From an uncultured Candidatus Saccharibacteria bacterium (GTDB lineage Bacteria; Patescibacteriota; Minisyncoccia; UBA6257; WO2-44-18): 63,759 nucleotides of DNA. The stretch lies in assembly GCA_964355005.1 (NCBI GenBank), contig CAYHBX010000001.1, positions 1 to 63,759 on the forward strand, read 5' to 3'. The notes under the pieces are model-generated. The model had not been told where the DNA came from. It saw nothing but the letters and a program-made list of their open reading frames with translations, and ran no database searches. The position numbers and the translations under genes were made by a program. Positions 1-8,966 of the stretch are shown here, in pieces. Each line of letters starts with the position of its first letter. Position 1 is the stretch's first letter.

Positions 1-327
1 ACCCTTCTTGAGGAAGGGCTCGGGCTTCAACTTGGAGACGTCGGTGATGCGGCGGGCGGGGCCGCGCTCAATGAGCTTCCAGCCGTCCTGCGCCTTGTCG
101 AACTTGAAGGGCGCGGGAGTGATAACCTTGCTCGTACTGACCTCGCCGATTCGGGCAATTTCCTGATCGATCTGGTCACAGAACCGCTGAAGGCCGGCGA
201 CCTGCTCGCCCACCTCGGAGCGCAACTTTTCCAGATTGCTCTTATGCGCTTGCTTGGCTCCGGACAGCCGGTTTTCCAGCTCCACGATCTTGGCCTCATC
301 ATCCTTAGACTTCTGTTCATCTCTCAC
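1..327 (-). CDS. hypothetical coiled-coil protein, N-terminal part only (runs off window start); GC-rich cassette gene
   Basis: GTG at 327-325 follows AGGAGG; the frame is open to base 1. Charged, heptad-like N-terminus. Promoter and leader are homologous to 63228-63337. Confidence 0.5.
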   Translation of the reverse strand, partial: MRDEQKSKDDEAKIVELENRLSGAKQAHKSNLEKLRSEVGEQVAGLQRFCDQIDQEIARIGEVSTSKVITPAPFKFDKAQDGWKLIERGPARRITDVSKLKPEPFLKKG

Positions 328-399
328 GGCTAGCCTCCTGAATTGGGTTGTTTTTACGCTCTTTTACCACACGGTAAAATGAGTTTTGGAACTGTTGGA

Positions 400-429
400 A
401 GCGTAGCATAATTGAGCCTATCTTGTCAA
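400..429 (-). promoter_or_regulatory. sigma70-type promoter for the 1-327 gene
   Basis: On the minus strand: TTGACA (429-424), 18 nt, TGCTACGCT (-10 at 405-400). Aligns with the promoter at 63228-63257. Confidence 0.55.
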
Positions 430-478
430 CCCCTCTTTAAAAACCCTAGAACTTTCAACTTTGAACTAAAACATCCGC

Positions 479-1708
479 CTAAGCGGATGTTTTTAATATC
501 TCCTCCACCGCCATTCTTTCATTCCACGGAATTTTCTGGCCTCGCGCGACATGGATCCAATCTTCGCTTCCCTTGCCGGTCATTACCACCACATCTCCTT
601 TCTTGGCGAACGAAATCGCCTTGGCGATCGCCTCCCGCCTATCCAAAATTTTCAGGAATTCTTTCCCGCCGGACTCCGGTCGGGAAAAGCCCGTCGCAAT
701 TTCATTGATAATTGATTCCGGGCTTTCATCATAAGGATCTTCGTTGGTTAAAACCACCTTCTCGCAGTACTCCGAAGCGATCTTTCCCATCGCCGGCCGC
801 TTCCATTTGTCCCGCCCGCCACCCGCCGCTCCCAAGACACAGATCAGCTTGCTTCTGGCTCCGGTCATTGAATTCCGGGCGGTTCCGTAAACTTTTTCCA
901 AACTATCAGGGGTGTGCGCGTAATCGATCAGCACCGAAAACGGCTCACGCTGAATGTATTCCAGCCGTCCCGGCACGCCTTTGAAATCCTCAAAAGTTTT
1001 TTTGATCACCGGCCAACCGATGCCCTGCGTATAAACGAAAGCGGTGGCGCCGGCGGCATTTTCCAAATTAAAATTACTCGCCAGCCAGTCGCCCATTGAT
1101 TCCAAGCCGCCCCCGAGCTCCCGCCGGATAAAGGCTTCACGGCTAAAATAAATAACCTCGGTATTCCGGTCGGCCGCGGCCGCGAAATGATCGGCGGATT
1201 TATCCGCTTCGTTGATGAAAAAATATTTTTTAGCTTTTTTAGAATATTCCGCCACATCCTCAAAGAAAGAAACTTTGGCCTGCCGGTATTTTTCAAAAGA
1301 ACCATGAGCTTCTATGTGTTCGGGATGGACATTCGTCAGAACGGCGGCGTCAAAATCAATGAACCGATGGCGGTGCTGGAGCACGCCCTGCGAGGTAACC
1401 TCTATCAGCGCGTATTGGCATCCGGCCCGAGCCGCCCGCCAAAGCAGGCGCTGCAGAACAAACCGGCCGGGCATTGACATACCGGTAGAATTTTTAGTCG
1501 TCTGATCGCCAACCTTAAAACGCACCGAAGAAACTAGCGCGGTCTTTTTCCCCGCTGATTCCAGGGCTGCGTTGATCAGTTCCAGCGTAGTAGATTTCCC
1601 TTTGGTTCCCGTAACTCCCAAAACAAACATTTTCCTGGACGGAAAACCGTAAATGACCGCTCCCGCCCAGGCAAGTATAAAATGATAAATGCTTTTTAGA
1701 AAATTCAT
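479..1708 (-). CDS. Mur ligase family protein (MurE-like, lacks the usual N-terminal domain)
   Basis: GVTGTKGKST P-loop, DYAHTPDSL motif, C-terminal TNEDPYDE segment. Confidence 0.8.
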   Translation of the reverse strand: MNFLKSIYHFILAWAGAVIYGFPSRKMFVLGVTGTKGKSTTLELINAALESAGKKTALVSSVRFKVGDQTTKNSTGMSMPGRFVLQRLLWRAARAGCQYALIEVTSQGVLQHRHRFIDFDAAVLTNVHPEHIEAHGSFEKYRQAKVSFFEDVAEYSKKAKKYFFINEADKSADHFAAAADRNTEVIYFSREAFIRRELGGGLESMGDWLASNFNLENAAGATAFVYTQGIGWPVIKKTFEDFKGVPGRLEYIQREPFSVLIDYAHTPDSLEKVYGTARNSMTGARSKLICVLGAAGGGRDKWKRPAMGKIASEYCEKVVLTNEDPYDESPESIINEIATGFSRPESGGKEFLKILDRREAIAKAISFAKKGDVVVMTGKGSEDWIHVARGQKIPWNERMAVEEILKTSA

Positions 1709-1793
1709 GAATTATGAATAGCGAATTAAGAATTATTGGAAACGGCGCGTGTGCCGGTTTTATACATTATTCATTATTCGTCATTCATTATTC
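1709..1793. repeat. GAAT-word imperfect palindrome (terminator-like)
   Basis: gaattatgaatagcgaattaagaatt ... attattcattattcgtcattcattattc. Related copies at 7957-8035, 17654-17740, 28783-28813, 60287-60365 and 60781-60839. Confidence 0.7.
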
Positions 1794-2378
1794 AACCTTG
1801 GATTTCTTTAACGCTTCCTTCAATCTCTCCTTAAATCCTTGCGTCTCAGGACTGATCTTGGCGATCGCGCCTTTAGCCTGCGCGCGGTTGTAGCCAAGAC
1901 TGATCAAAGTCTCCTCCAATTCCACGTCCGACTCCATTAAATTCAGCGTTTTCGCTGACGCTTCTTTGCTTGCCCCATCCAGCTTGCCTTTCAAGTCCAA
2001 AACTACCCGCTCGGCGGTTTTTTTACCGATGCCGGAAGCTTTTGTTAATAGCTCAACCTTGCCGGCATTGATCGCGGCCACCAATTGATCGGGCGGCGCC
2101 ACTCCCAGAATAGACAAAGCGGTTTTCGGGCCGATGCCGTTAACTGTATTTAATTTTTCAAACAAGTATAATTCAAACTCCGTTAAAAAACCGAACAGCT
2201 CAAACGGAGAATTCTCGCGGCTGTATAAACAGCAAAAAAATTTGATATTGTCGGCGCTTTGCGGTAAACTTTCGGCGGTTTTAGCCGATACCAATACCTT
2301 AAACCCGATACCGGCCGCTTCCACGATCGCGTAATTATCCCGTCGTCCCACCAACTTACCGCTCAAACTATAGATCAT
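1788..2378 (-). CDS. ruvA: Holliday junction DNA helicase subunit RuvA
   Basis: The N-terminal OB-fold sequence MIYSLSGKL...AIVEAAGIGFKV and helix-hairpin-helix GIGPKTA/GIGKKTAERV are typical of RuvA. Confidence 0.9.
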   Translation of the reverse strand: MIYSLSGKLVGRRDNYAIVEAAGIGFKVLVSAKTAESLPQSADNIKFFCCLYSRENSPFELFGFLTEFELYLFEKLNTVNGIGPKTALSILGVAPPDQLVAAINAGKVELLTKASGIGKKTAERVVLDLKGKLDGASKEASAKTLNLMESDVELEETLISLGYNRAQAKGAIAKISPETQGFKERLKEALKKSKVE

Positions 2379-2446
2379 ACATTTATTATATAGCGGTATC
2401 GTGGTAAACTCTAAACCCTAAATACTAAACTCTAAACAAATCTCAA

Positions 2447-2794
2447 ATGGAGAAACAAATTCGAAAGTTCGACCTGGAAGAAAGGACATACAATTTTGCT
2501 GAAAAAGTGAAATTTTATATCCTTGGATTACCAAAAAATACAACTAATATAGAATACGGGAAACAACTTGCCAGATCTTCCGGTTCAGTAGCCGCGAACT
2601 ACATCGAAGCCAATGAGTCATTTAGTAAAAAGGATTTTTTAATGAGGGTGAAAATTTGCCGCAAAGAAGTCAAAGAATCACGCATGTGGCTTAAACTTAC
2701 GGACTCAAATACCGAGACGACCAAACAAACATTAATCCAAGAGGCGACAGAATTGATGAAAATATTTGGCTCAATAATAGAAAAAGTGAAGTAA
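2447..2794 (+). CDS. four-helix-bundle protein (23S rRNA intervening-sequence protein family)
   Basis: Size and motifs (RSSGSVAANYIEANES, ICRKEVKESRMWL) match the family. Confidence 0.75.
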   Translation: MEKQIRKFDLEERTYNFAEKVKFYILGLPKNTTNIEYGKQLARSSGSVAANYIEANESFSKKDFLMRVKICRKEVKESRMWLKLTDSNTETTKQTLIQEATELMKIFGSIIEKVK

Positions 2795-2870
2795 TGTTTG
2801 GATTTCGTGTTTTCGAAGTTTTGAGTTTATTTAGGATTTAGAGCTTAGAATTTAGGATTTATATTAATAT

Positions 2871-4670
2871 ATGTTTAAACTCGTATCCCATTTCACGCCT
2901 AAAGGAGATCAACTCAAAGCGATCGATGAACTGGTCGCCGGTTTGGAGTCCGGCAAACAGCACCAGACCCTTTTGGGCGTTACGGGTTCCGGAAAAACCT
3001 TTACAATGGCTTCGGTTATAGAAAAAGCCGGCCTGCCGACACTGATCATATCGCCCAACAAGATCCTGGCCGCCCAGCTTTATCAGGAATTTAAACAATT
3101 CTTCCCGAACAGCGCCGTCCACTATTTCGTTTCTTATTACGATTATTACCAACCCGAAGCGTATATTCCGCAGACTAAAACTTATATTCAAAAAGACGCC
3201 CGCATCAACGCCGAGATAGACAAATTGCGCCATTCCGCCATTCAAGCGGTGCTGGGAAGAAAAGACGCGATTGTTATCGCTTCGGTTTCTTGCATCTACG
3301 GCGTCGGCGATCCGAACGAATACCAAAATGCCCGCTTGGAACTAAAAATCGGACAGATCATTGATCCAAAAGACCTGACCCGTCATTTGAACCTTCTGCA
3401 ATACGAGAGAAATGCCGAAGCGCCGCTGTTGGGACAATTTTCCATCGGCAAAGAAAAAACCCGCGTCCACTTGGTTACCGGTGAAGTTGTTGAAATTATT
3501 TTTGAAAAAAGAAAAATTAAATCCATCTCCCGAATTGATCCCAAAACCCCATTGGCTAAACCCTATACCCTATCCACTGTATCCATCTACCCCGCCAAAT
3601 TCTGGGTTACCCCCCAGCATAAAATGAACCTGGCGCTCCGCAATATCAAAACCGAACTTGATGACCGAATAGAGCAACTGCAATCGGCCAATAAATTTGA
3701 GGCCGCGAACCGTCTGGAGAAAAAAACAAATTTTGACATTGAAATGCTGAAGAAGAAGGGATACGTGAACGGCGTAGAAAATTATTCCCGCCATTTGAGC
3801 TTCCGCCAGCCCGGCGAACCGCCAACAACGCTGATCGATTATTTCCCGAAACCATTCCTGTTATTTCTAGATGAATCACATATCGCGGTTCCGCAATTGA
3901 ACGCCATGCAAGAAAGCGATCGCCGCCGGAAGATGAACTTGATCAACTACGGTTTCCGTCTGCCATCAGCGCTGGACAACCGCCCGCTGACATTCGCCGA
4001 ATTCAACTCCAAGATCGGCCAATCTGTTTTCGTATCCGCCACCCCCGGACCATATGAAATGGAAAAAGGCGGCATCGTAGAACAGCTGGTCCGCCCGACC
4101 GGAATCTTGGACCCGGAGATCCAGATCCGCCCCGCGAAAAACCAAGTCCAACATCTGCTCGGCGAGATCCGGAACCGAATATCAAAAAATGAACGCGTGC
4201 TGGCTTTGACGCTGACCAAACGTTCCGCCGAGGACCTGACCGAATATCTTTTGGAGCAGGGAATTAAAACAAAATATCTCCACTCGGAAATCAAAACCCT
4301 GGAACGCCCAAAGGTTCTGCAGGCACTCCGCCGGGGAGATATAGATGTAGTGGTGGGAATTAATCTGCTACGCGAAGGACTAGACCTTCCGGAGGTCAGT
4401 TTGGTAGCGATCCTGGATGCCGACCGCGAAGGCTTCCTGCGTAATTACCGCGGTTTGATCCAGATGGCCGGCCGCGCCGCCCGCTCGATCAATGGAAAAG
4501 TTATTTTTTACGCCGACTTCCTGACAGATTCTATCAAGAAAACAATGCTGGAAACTCTACGCCGCCGGAAAGTCCAGCAAAAATTCAACAAAAAAATGGG
4601 CGTTCGCCCAACTGCCATAAACAAACCACTCACCGAAGAAATGTTCGCCGACTCCGCGAAAGAGGTCTAA
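2871..4670 (+). CDS. uvrB: excinuclease ABC subunit B (short form)
   Basis: GVTGSGKTFTMA Walker A and conserved UvrB blocks throughout. At 599 aa it lacks the C-terminal UVR tail. Confidence 0.95.
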   Translation: MFKLVSHFTPKGDQLKAIDELVAGLESGKQHQTLLGVTGSGKTFTMASVIEKAGLPTLIISPNKILAAQLYQEFKQFFPNSAVHYFVSYYDYYQPEAYIPQTKTYIQKDARINAEIDKLRHSAIQAVLGRKDAIVIASVSCIYGVGDPNEYQNARLELKIGQIIDPKDLTRHLNLLQYERNAEAPLLGQFSIGKEKTRVHLVTGEVVEIIFEKRKIKSISRIDPKTPLAKPYTLSTVSIYPAKFWVTPQHKMNLALRNIKTELDDRIEQLQSANKFEAANRLEKKTNFDIEMLKKKGYVNGVENYSRHLSFRQPGEPPTTLIDYFPKPFLLFLDESHIAVPQLNAMQESDRRRKMNLINYGFRLPSALDNRPLTFAEFNSKIGQSVFVSATPGPYEMEKGGIVEQLVRPTGILDPEIQIRPAKNQVQHLLGEIRNRISKNERVLALTLTKRSAEDLTEYLLEQGIKTKYLHSEIKTLERPKVLQALRRGDIDVVVGINLLREGLDLPEVSLVAILDADREGFLRNYRGLIQMAGRAARSINGKVIFYADFLTDSIKKTMLETLRRRKVQQKFNKKMGVRPTAINKPLTEEMFADSAKEV

Positions 4671-4902
4671 CCCATCACCCCGAATTGGCCGGCGGTCGTC
4701 ATTACGAGTAGTGCGAAGCCCTGCTTGCCGGCAGGCAGGCAGGAATCTTACATTTTAGAGTTATTGTAAGATCGCCGCGGTTTTTAACCCCGCGATGACG
4801 GACATTTTGTGATTTATGGTTTTGTTTTTTGAACATTGTTTAGGATTTAGAGTTTAGAATTTAGGATTTGAAGGAAAGTGTGAGACTCGTGATTACTCCG
4901 AC

Positions 4903-4928
4903 AAAAAACCCGCGCATCTCTGCGCGGG
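4903..4928 (-). terminator. intrinsic terminator of 4935-5414
   Basis: On the minus strand: cccgcgca-gaga-tgcgcggg followed by a T-run, preceded by the conserved AAGTAGGTAGTGCCC. Confidence 0.7.
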
Positions 4929-4934
4929 CACTAC

Positions 4935-5414
4935 CTACTTTTTCTTGCTGAACTCGGCGCGGACCATGTCCACGATCCGGCCGAATTCCATTTCCGTGCA
5001 GCGGTGGCTCTCCAGAGCCAGTCCCAGCTCACTGATCGTGAGCTCGAGGCCGCGATCGATGTCCACCGAGAGGGTGATCCCCTCGCGAAGCATCATCGCC
5101 GTCCGCGTCCGATTGCCGTCCGGCTTGGCAGTCGCCAGCCGGTCGGCCGCCCGGGTCAGAATCTCCATCTCCTCCCCGGGTCCGGTGAAGAACACCTGCT
5201 CGGCGTCCCCGAAGATCGGGAACTCAAGCATCCGGAGAAGCGGACGACCTTCGGCTGTTCTCCGGATCTGAAACTCCGGTCCTCTCCCGGAACCGTACGC
5301 CCGGAAGATCCGGGTGATGGCATCTCGGGGCGACATCTCGCTGACCGCCGGCCGGCCATAAAACACTTCGCCATCCCGGCTGGACACGACGGAACTGCGG
5401 GTGACCTGAATCAT
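4935..5414 (-). CDS. hypothetical protein (GC-rich cassette)
   Basis: ATG preceded by AAAGGAGAAA; has its own promoter and terminator. No family recognised. Confidence 0.6.
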   Translation of the reverse strand: MIQVTRSSVVSSRDGEVFYGRPAVSEMSPRDAITRIFRAYGSGRGPEFQIRRTAEGRPLLRMLEFPIFGDAEQVFFTGPGEEMEILTRAADRLATAKPDGNRTRTAMMLREGITLSVDIDRGLELTISELGLALESHRCTEMEFGRIVDMVRAEFSKKK

Positions 5415-5462
5415 GGCTTTCTCCTTTTCTGCGAGGTTATGAAGTTGTTAAACTGCAATATA

Positions 5463-5492
5463 ATTATAGCATAGTTTTGGCTATTTTGTCAA
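5463..5492 (-). promoter_or_regulatory. near-consensus promoter
   Basis: On the minus strand: TTGACA, 18 nt, TGCTATAAT. Confidence 0.65.
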
Positions 5493-5503
5493 GTCCAGCC
5501 AAC

Positions 5504-5528
5504 AAAAACCCCCGGTTTGACCCGGGGG
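5504..5528 (-). terminator. intrinsic terminator of 5535-5942
   Basis: cccccgg-loop-ccggggg plus a T-run on the minus strand, preceded by the same AAGTAGGTAGTGCCC. Confidence 0.7.
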
Positions 5529-5534
5529 CACTAC

Positions 5535-5942
5535 CTACTTCTTGTCGGGACGAGTCAGGCGATCCAACTCGTCCATCCCCTCATCCATCGCGCAATCGGC
5601 GGCAGACTCGGACTCCTTCTTCGGAGCGGCCGCCTTGTCCAGATCGTCGAGGCGCGCCAACGCCTCCTTCGCTCTCTTCTGGACTTCCGACCCATAAACC
5701 GCGTAGTCGGGGTACTGAACCAGCGATCCCAGAATTCCCCGAATGTCATCAGACCCCAGAACGGCGCCTTCGAAAGCCTTCCGGGCGACGAATTCCGCCC
5801 CGGAAGACTTCAGCATCCGGGCCAGCTTCCGGAACGGGATCAGGTCGGAATAATGCTTCCGCCTCCGCGTCGACTGCTGCCCGCCGCCGTCCTTCTTCTT
5901 GCCCTTCTTCTCTTTCCGGACCTGCGAGCGATCATAGCTCAT
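5535..5942 (-). CDS. hypothetical basic protein (GC-rich cassette)
   Basis: Start moved to the ATG (MSYDRSQ) after AAGAGGAG. Lys/Arg-rich N-terminus, acidic tail. Confidence 0.55.
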   Translation of the reverse strand: MSYDRSQVRKEKKGKKKDGGGQQSTRRRKHYSDLIPFRKLARMLKSSGAEFVARKAFEGAVLGSDDIRGILGSLVQYPDYAVYGSEVQKRAKEALARLDDLDKAAAPKKESESAADCAMDEGMDELDRLTRPDKK

Positions 5943-6010
5943 CTTGCATCTCCTCTTAAATCGGGGTTTCCTCAAAGAACGAAATGGCGCCATGCCATTT
6001 TCTAAGAGCC

Positions 6011-6039
6011 ATTATAGCGCAGTTTGTATTAAAAGTCAA
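6011..6039 (-). promoter_or_regulatory. near-consensus promoter
   Basis: On the minus strand: TTGACT, 17 nt, TATAAT. Confidence 0.65.
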
Positions 6040-6059
6040 GTAGAGATAAAATTACATCT

Positions 6060-6680
6060 ATGCTCGGAGTAGCCACAAAAAAGGACCATTTTCTGGTATC
6101 CATCGTCGGATTACTTTTTGGCATCCTTTCTTTGCCGATCCTCGAGAACATAAAGCCGCCCCAATGGGAGCTCACTTTTTTGAGCGCCGCCGTGGTTATC
6201 GCCGGATTTTTTATTTTCGCCAATTTCTCAATGTGGGTCGCCGGCTTGATCGGCCTTCGTTCTCCGGCGCTTTTCCAATTCGCCAAATATGGAGCGGCCG
6301 GAGCATTAAGCGCGTTCATCGATCTGGGCATCCTGAATCTTTTTAGTTTAATTTTCAAAATTTACTCCGGACCGGCAATTCTCGTTTTCAACGCCATTTC
6401 ATTTCTGGTCGCCACCACCAATGCTTACTTTTGGAACAAGTTTTGGGCCTTCAAAAAGGATGGGGACAGACCAAACGTAAAGGAATACGCCAAATTCATC
6501 TGCGTTACTCTGACCGGACTTGCCATCAACACGGCGATCGTATTTTTTATGACCACCGTAGTCGGCGCTCCCGAGGGAGTATCGGAGCCAGTCTGGGAAA
6601 ATGTGGCAAAATTCAGCGCTGTTATACCTAACGTGATGTGGAACTTCGTCGGTTACAAGTTTTTCATTTTTAAATCCTGA
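6060..6680 (+). CDS. GtrA-family polytopic membrane protein
   Basis: Four or five hydrophobic helices, GtrA-like KYGAAGALSAFIDLGILNL segment and C-terminal WNFVGYKFFIF. Confidence 0.7.
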   Translation: MLGVATKKDHFLVSIVGLLFGILSLPILENIKPPQWELTFLSAAVVIAGFFIFANFSMWVAGLIGLRSPALFQFAKYGAAGALSAFIDLGILNLFSLIFKIYSGPAILVFNAISFLVATTNAYFWNKFWAFKKDGDRPNVKEYAKFICVTLTGLAINTAIVFFMTTVVGAPEGVSEPVWENVAKFSAVIPNVMWNFVGYKFFIFKS

Positions 6681-6974
6681 TTTTATTGCCCAAATCCTAA
6701 ACAATGGCTGGATCGCAAATTCTAAAGTTTAAAACATTGGAGTATTGGAATTTTGGATTTATTCAGAGTTTAGAAATTAGAGTTTAGGATTTAAAATCCA
6801 CCGTAGCTCTTGCATTTATCCGCGACCTGCTTTAATATACTACGATTGCTTGCGTAAATTTGTCTTTTAATTTACTATTGTCCTATCGTTGATTGTCGGA
6901 TGTTAGTCGTCGGCTCCGACGCTGCTGGTCGGAGAGCCGACCCCTGACGTCGACTTCGTTCGTCAACTAAAAGC

Positions 6975-7217
6975 ATGCCAATAACCCATTCAGCTAAAAA
7001 AGCGCTCCGCCAAACCATTACCCACCGGGAACGGAATGTTGGGCGTAAAAAAGATCTAAGGACTGCCATCAAAAACTACAAAAAAACTCCGACCGCGGAG
7101 CTGTTATCTGTTGTATTTAAGAAATTGGATAAGGCCGCGAAAGTCCACTTGATCCCGAAAAATACCGCCTCCCGCCTGAAATCCCGCCTCTCAAAACTAT
7201 CGGCGGCCAAGCGCTAG
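6975..7217 (+). CDS. rpsT: 30S ribosomal protein S20
   Basis: MPITHSAKKALRQ...HRERN start, 80 aa, basic. Confidence 0.9.
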   Translation: MPITHSAKKALRQTITHRERNVGRKKDLRTAIKNYKKTPTAELLSVVFKKLDKAAKVHLIPKNTASRLKSRLSKLSAAKR

Positions 7218-7955
7218 GTCTAATAGGACTTCCTCATATTCAAGCTTTCCGGATTTGATGGCGACGTCATAGTCGGCCATCTTTTTTTTATCCGCCGAAA
7301 GAGATGCGAAAACATTGAAGATCTTGGCCGGATCATCAAAAGCCATCAGCCTCTCCAAGATCGGCAGACTGGCTGCCGGAGAACCGGCCCGTTGCAGGCG
7401 ATTTAATGTTGAGAAAAAGTCGTGCTCCCAAAATACAGACTGCGGATCGCCGCCAAGAGAAATTTTTTCCAATTCATTGATTAGCCCCCAGGTATCCGTC
7501 CGATAGCGCGCCACCAGTGGCCGCCATTCCTGCTCGGACAACTTAACGTTCCTTTTTTCCGCTTCCTGCTTCGCGTAGATAAGAAATTTATCCGGCTCCA
7601 GATCGTTAAAGTCTCGTTTGATCACATCGCCGTCGCCGAGCGCGGAAACCGATTTCGGCAAAGCTTTATCCGCGACCACCACTAAACTTATATTTCCGGA
7701 TTTGCCGACGATCTTCAAAACCCCATTCAAATCCTTTGGCTCGACTTCTTCGGGCGAATAGATTATCCCAAGCTTGAAGCTATCAAAAAGCGATTGAGTA
7801 GCAACAAATTCTTTTATCTCGTTTAACTCCTCGCCGCGCGACAGGTCAAAGCGCCGCAAATTCAAAGCGGAATGTTTATCGGTAAACTTTTTTATAACTT
7901 CCTGAAGATTTTTGGACCGCCGATAGGCATCAAGCCCACAAAGATAGATCAGCAT
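7197..7955 (-). CDS. holA: DNA polymerase III delta subunit (short)
   Basis: MLIYLCGLDAYRR start and overall HolA-like pattern. The 3' end overlaps rpsT convergently. Confidence 0.6.
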   Translation of the reverse strand: MLIYLCGLDAYRRSKNLQEVIKKFTDKHSALNLRRFDLSRGEELNEIKEFVATQSLFDSFKLGIIYSPEEVEPKDLNGVLKIVGKSGNISLVVVADKALPKSVSALGDGDVIKRDFNDLEPDKFLIYAKQEAEKRNVKLSEQEWRPLVARYRTDTWGLINELEKISLGGDPQSVFWEHDFFSTLNRLQRAGSPAASLPILERLMAFDDPAKIFNVFASLSADKKKMADYDVAIKSGKLEYEEVLLDLALGRR

Positions 7956-8034
7956 ACAAATGAATTATGAATGATGAATAACGAATTATGCAAAGCCGAA
8001 TTTCTAGCTTAATTCATAATTCTTTATTCGTAAT

Positions 8035-8961
8035 TCAAGCTTTCTGGCACTTCGGGCAGAAATGCGCCGAACGGTCGCCGATCTTTTTTCGAACTATCTT
8101 CGCGCCACATCTTGGGCAGGGCTCACCCTCACGGCCATAAACGCTTCTGTATTCAGTGTAGCCACCCTTCTCGCCGGCGGTGTCACGGAAATCACTGGTA
8201 GAGGTGCCTCGTAATTTCAAAGCCATTTTTAAAACTTTACGCATTGCTTCCCACAACCTCTTTAACTCACTGACCGTCAAACTATCCGCCCGCCTAAACG
8301 GGTGGATTCGGGCTTTCCACAAAATATCATCCGAATAGATATTCCCTATCCCGGCAATCACCTCCGGATCCATTAAAACCTGTTTTATTTTCCTCTTTTC
8401 CTTTTTTATTAAACTTACGAACTCATCAACTGTTAAACTCTTATCCAGCGCATCCGGCCCAAGATTCACCAACTCCGGCAAATTTTCTATCACTTCTTTC
8501 GGTCCCGAAATTATCTTGGCGAATTTCCGCAGATCGGAAAACCCAAGCATTTCCCCATTATCCAAATAGAAGATCAGATGAATGTATTTATTGTAGGGAT
8601 CCTCTACGACCGCTTTCGGTTCTATCGGCACTACCTGACACTTGATACCTGACGCCTGACACTTAATGTCCCACTTCCCCACCAAAAGATGCCCTGTCAT
8701 TTTCAGGTGCGCCAAAAGCATCTTTCCGTGAGTGAGATAAATTAAAATATTTTTCGCCCGCCGTCTCACCTCAACAAATTTTTCTCCCTTCACGAAATCT
8801 TCAAAAGCTGCGACATGCTTATGCGCGATTTTATTACGCGACTGATCCAGCGGATCTTTGATCATTTTCGGCCAATCAAACCAGACGCCAACAATACGGC
8901 GGCCGATAATCTTTTTATTCAAGTCATTAACGACCGTTTGGACTTCCGGTAATTCAGGCAC
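8035..8961 (-). CDS. mutM: formamidopyrimidine-DNA glycosylase
   Basis: MPELPEV N-terminus, H2TH region, C-terminal CPRCG...CPKC zinc finger. Confidence 0.9.
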   Translation of the reverse strand: MPELPEVQTVVNDLNKKIIGRRIVGVWFDWPKMIKDPLDQSRNKIAHKHVAAFEDFVKGEKFVEVRRRAKNILIYLTHGKMLLAHLKMTGHLLVGKWDIKCQASGIKCQVVPIEPKAVVEDPYNKYIHLIFYLDNGEMLGFSDLRKFAKIISGPKEVIENLPELVNLGPDALDKSLTVDEFVSLIKKEKRKIKQVLMDPEVIAGIGNIYSDDILWKARIHPFRRADSLTVSELKRLWEAMRKVLKMALKLRGTSTSDFRDTAGEKGGYTEYRSVYGREGEPCPRCGAKIVRKKIGDRSAHFCPKCQKA

Positions 8962-8966
8962 GGTTT

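Noticed and set aside
412-1505. Plus-strand ORFs inside the Mur ligase gene (412-708, 712-984, 914-1099, 1187-1477, 1314-1505), and similar internal ORFs listed in the track within other long conserved genes.
   Set aside because: They are overlapped entirely by strongly supported genes on the other strand or frame, and their translations are low-complexity.
5535-5942. A bacterial histone-fold protein call for the basic cassette protein.
   Set aside because: Only a short helix-loop-helix-like stretch resembles histone sequences. The long central helix and the overall length pattern do not obviously fit, so I left it as hypothetical.
8035-8037. Alternative genetic code (UGA recoded), as in some candidate phyla.
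   Set aside because: TGA terminates conserved proteins at their expected C-termini (for example mutM at 8035-8037 and the IscU-like gene at 44576-44578), and no conserved gene is broken by in-frame TGA.
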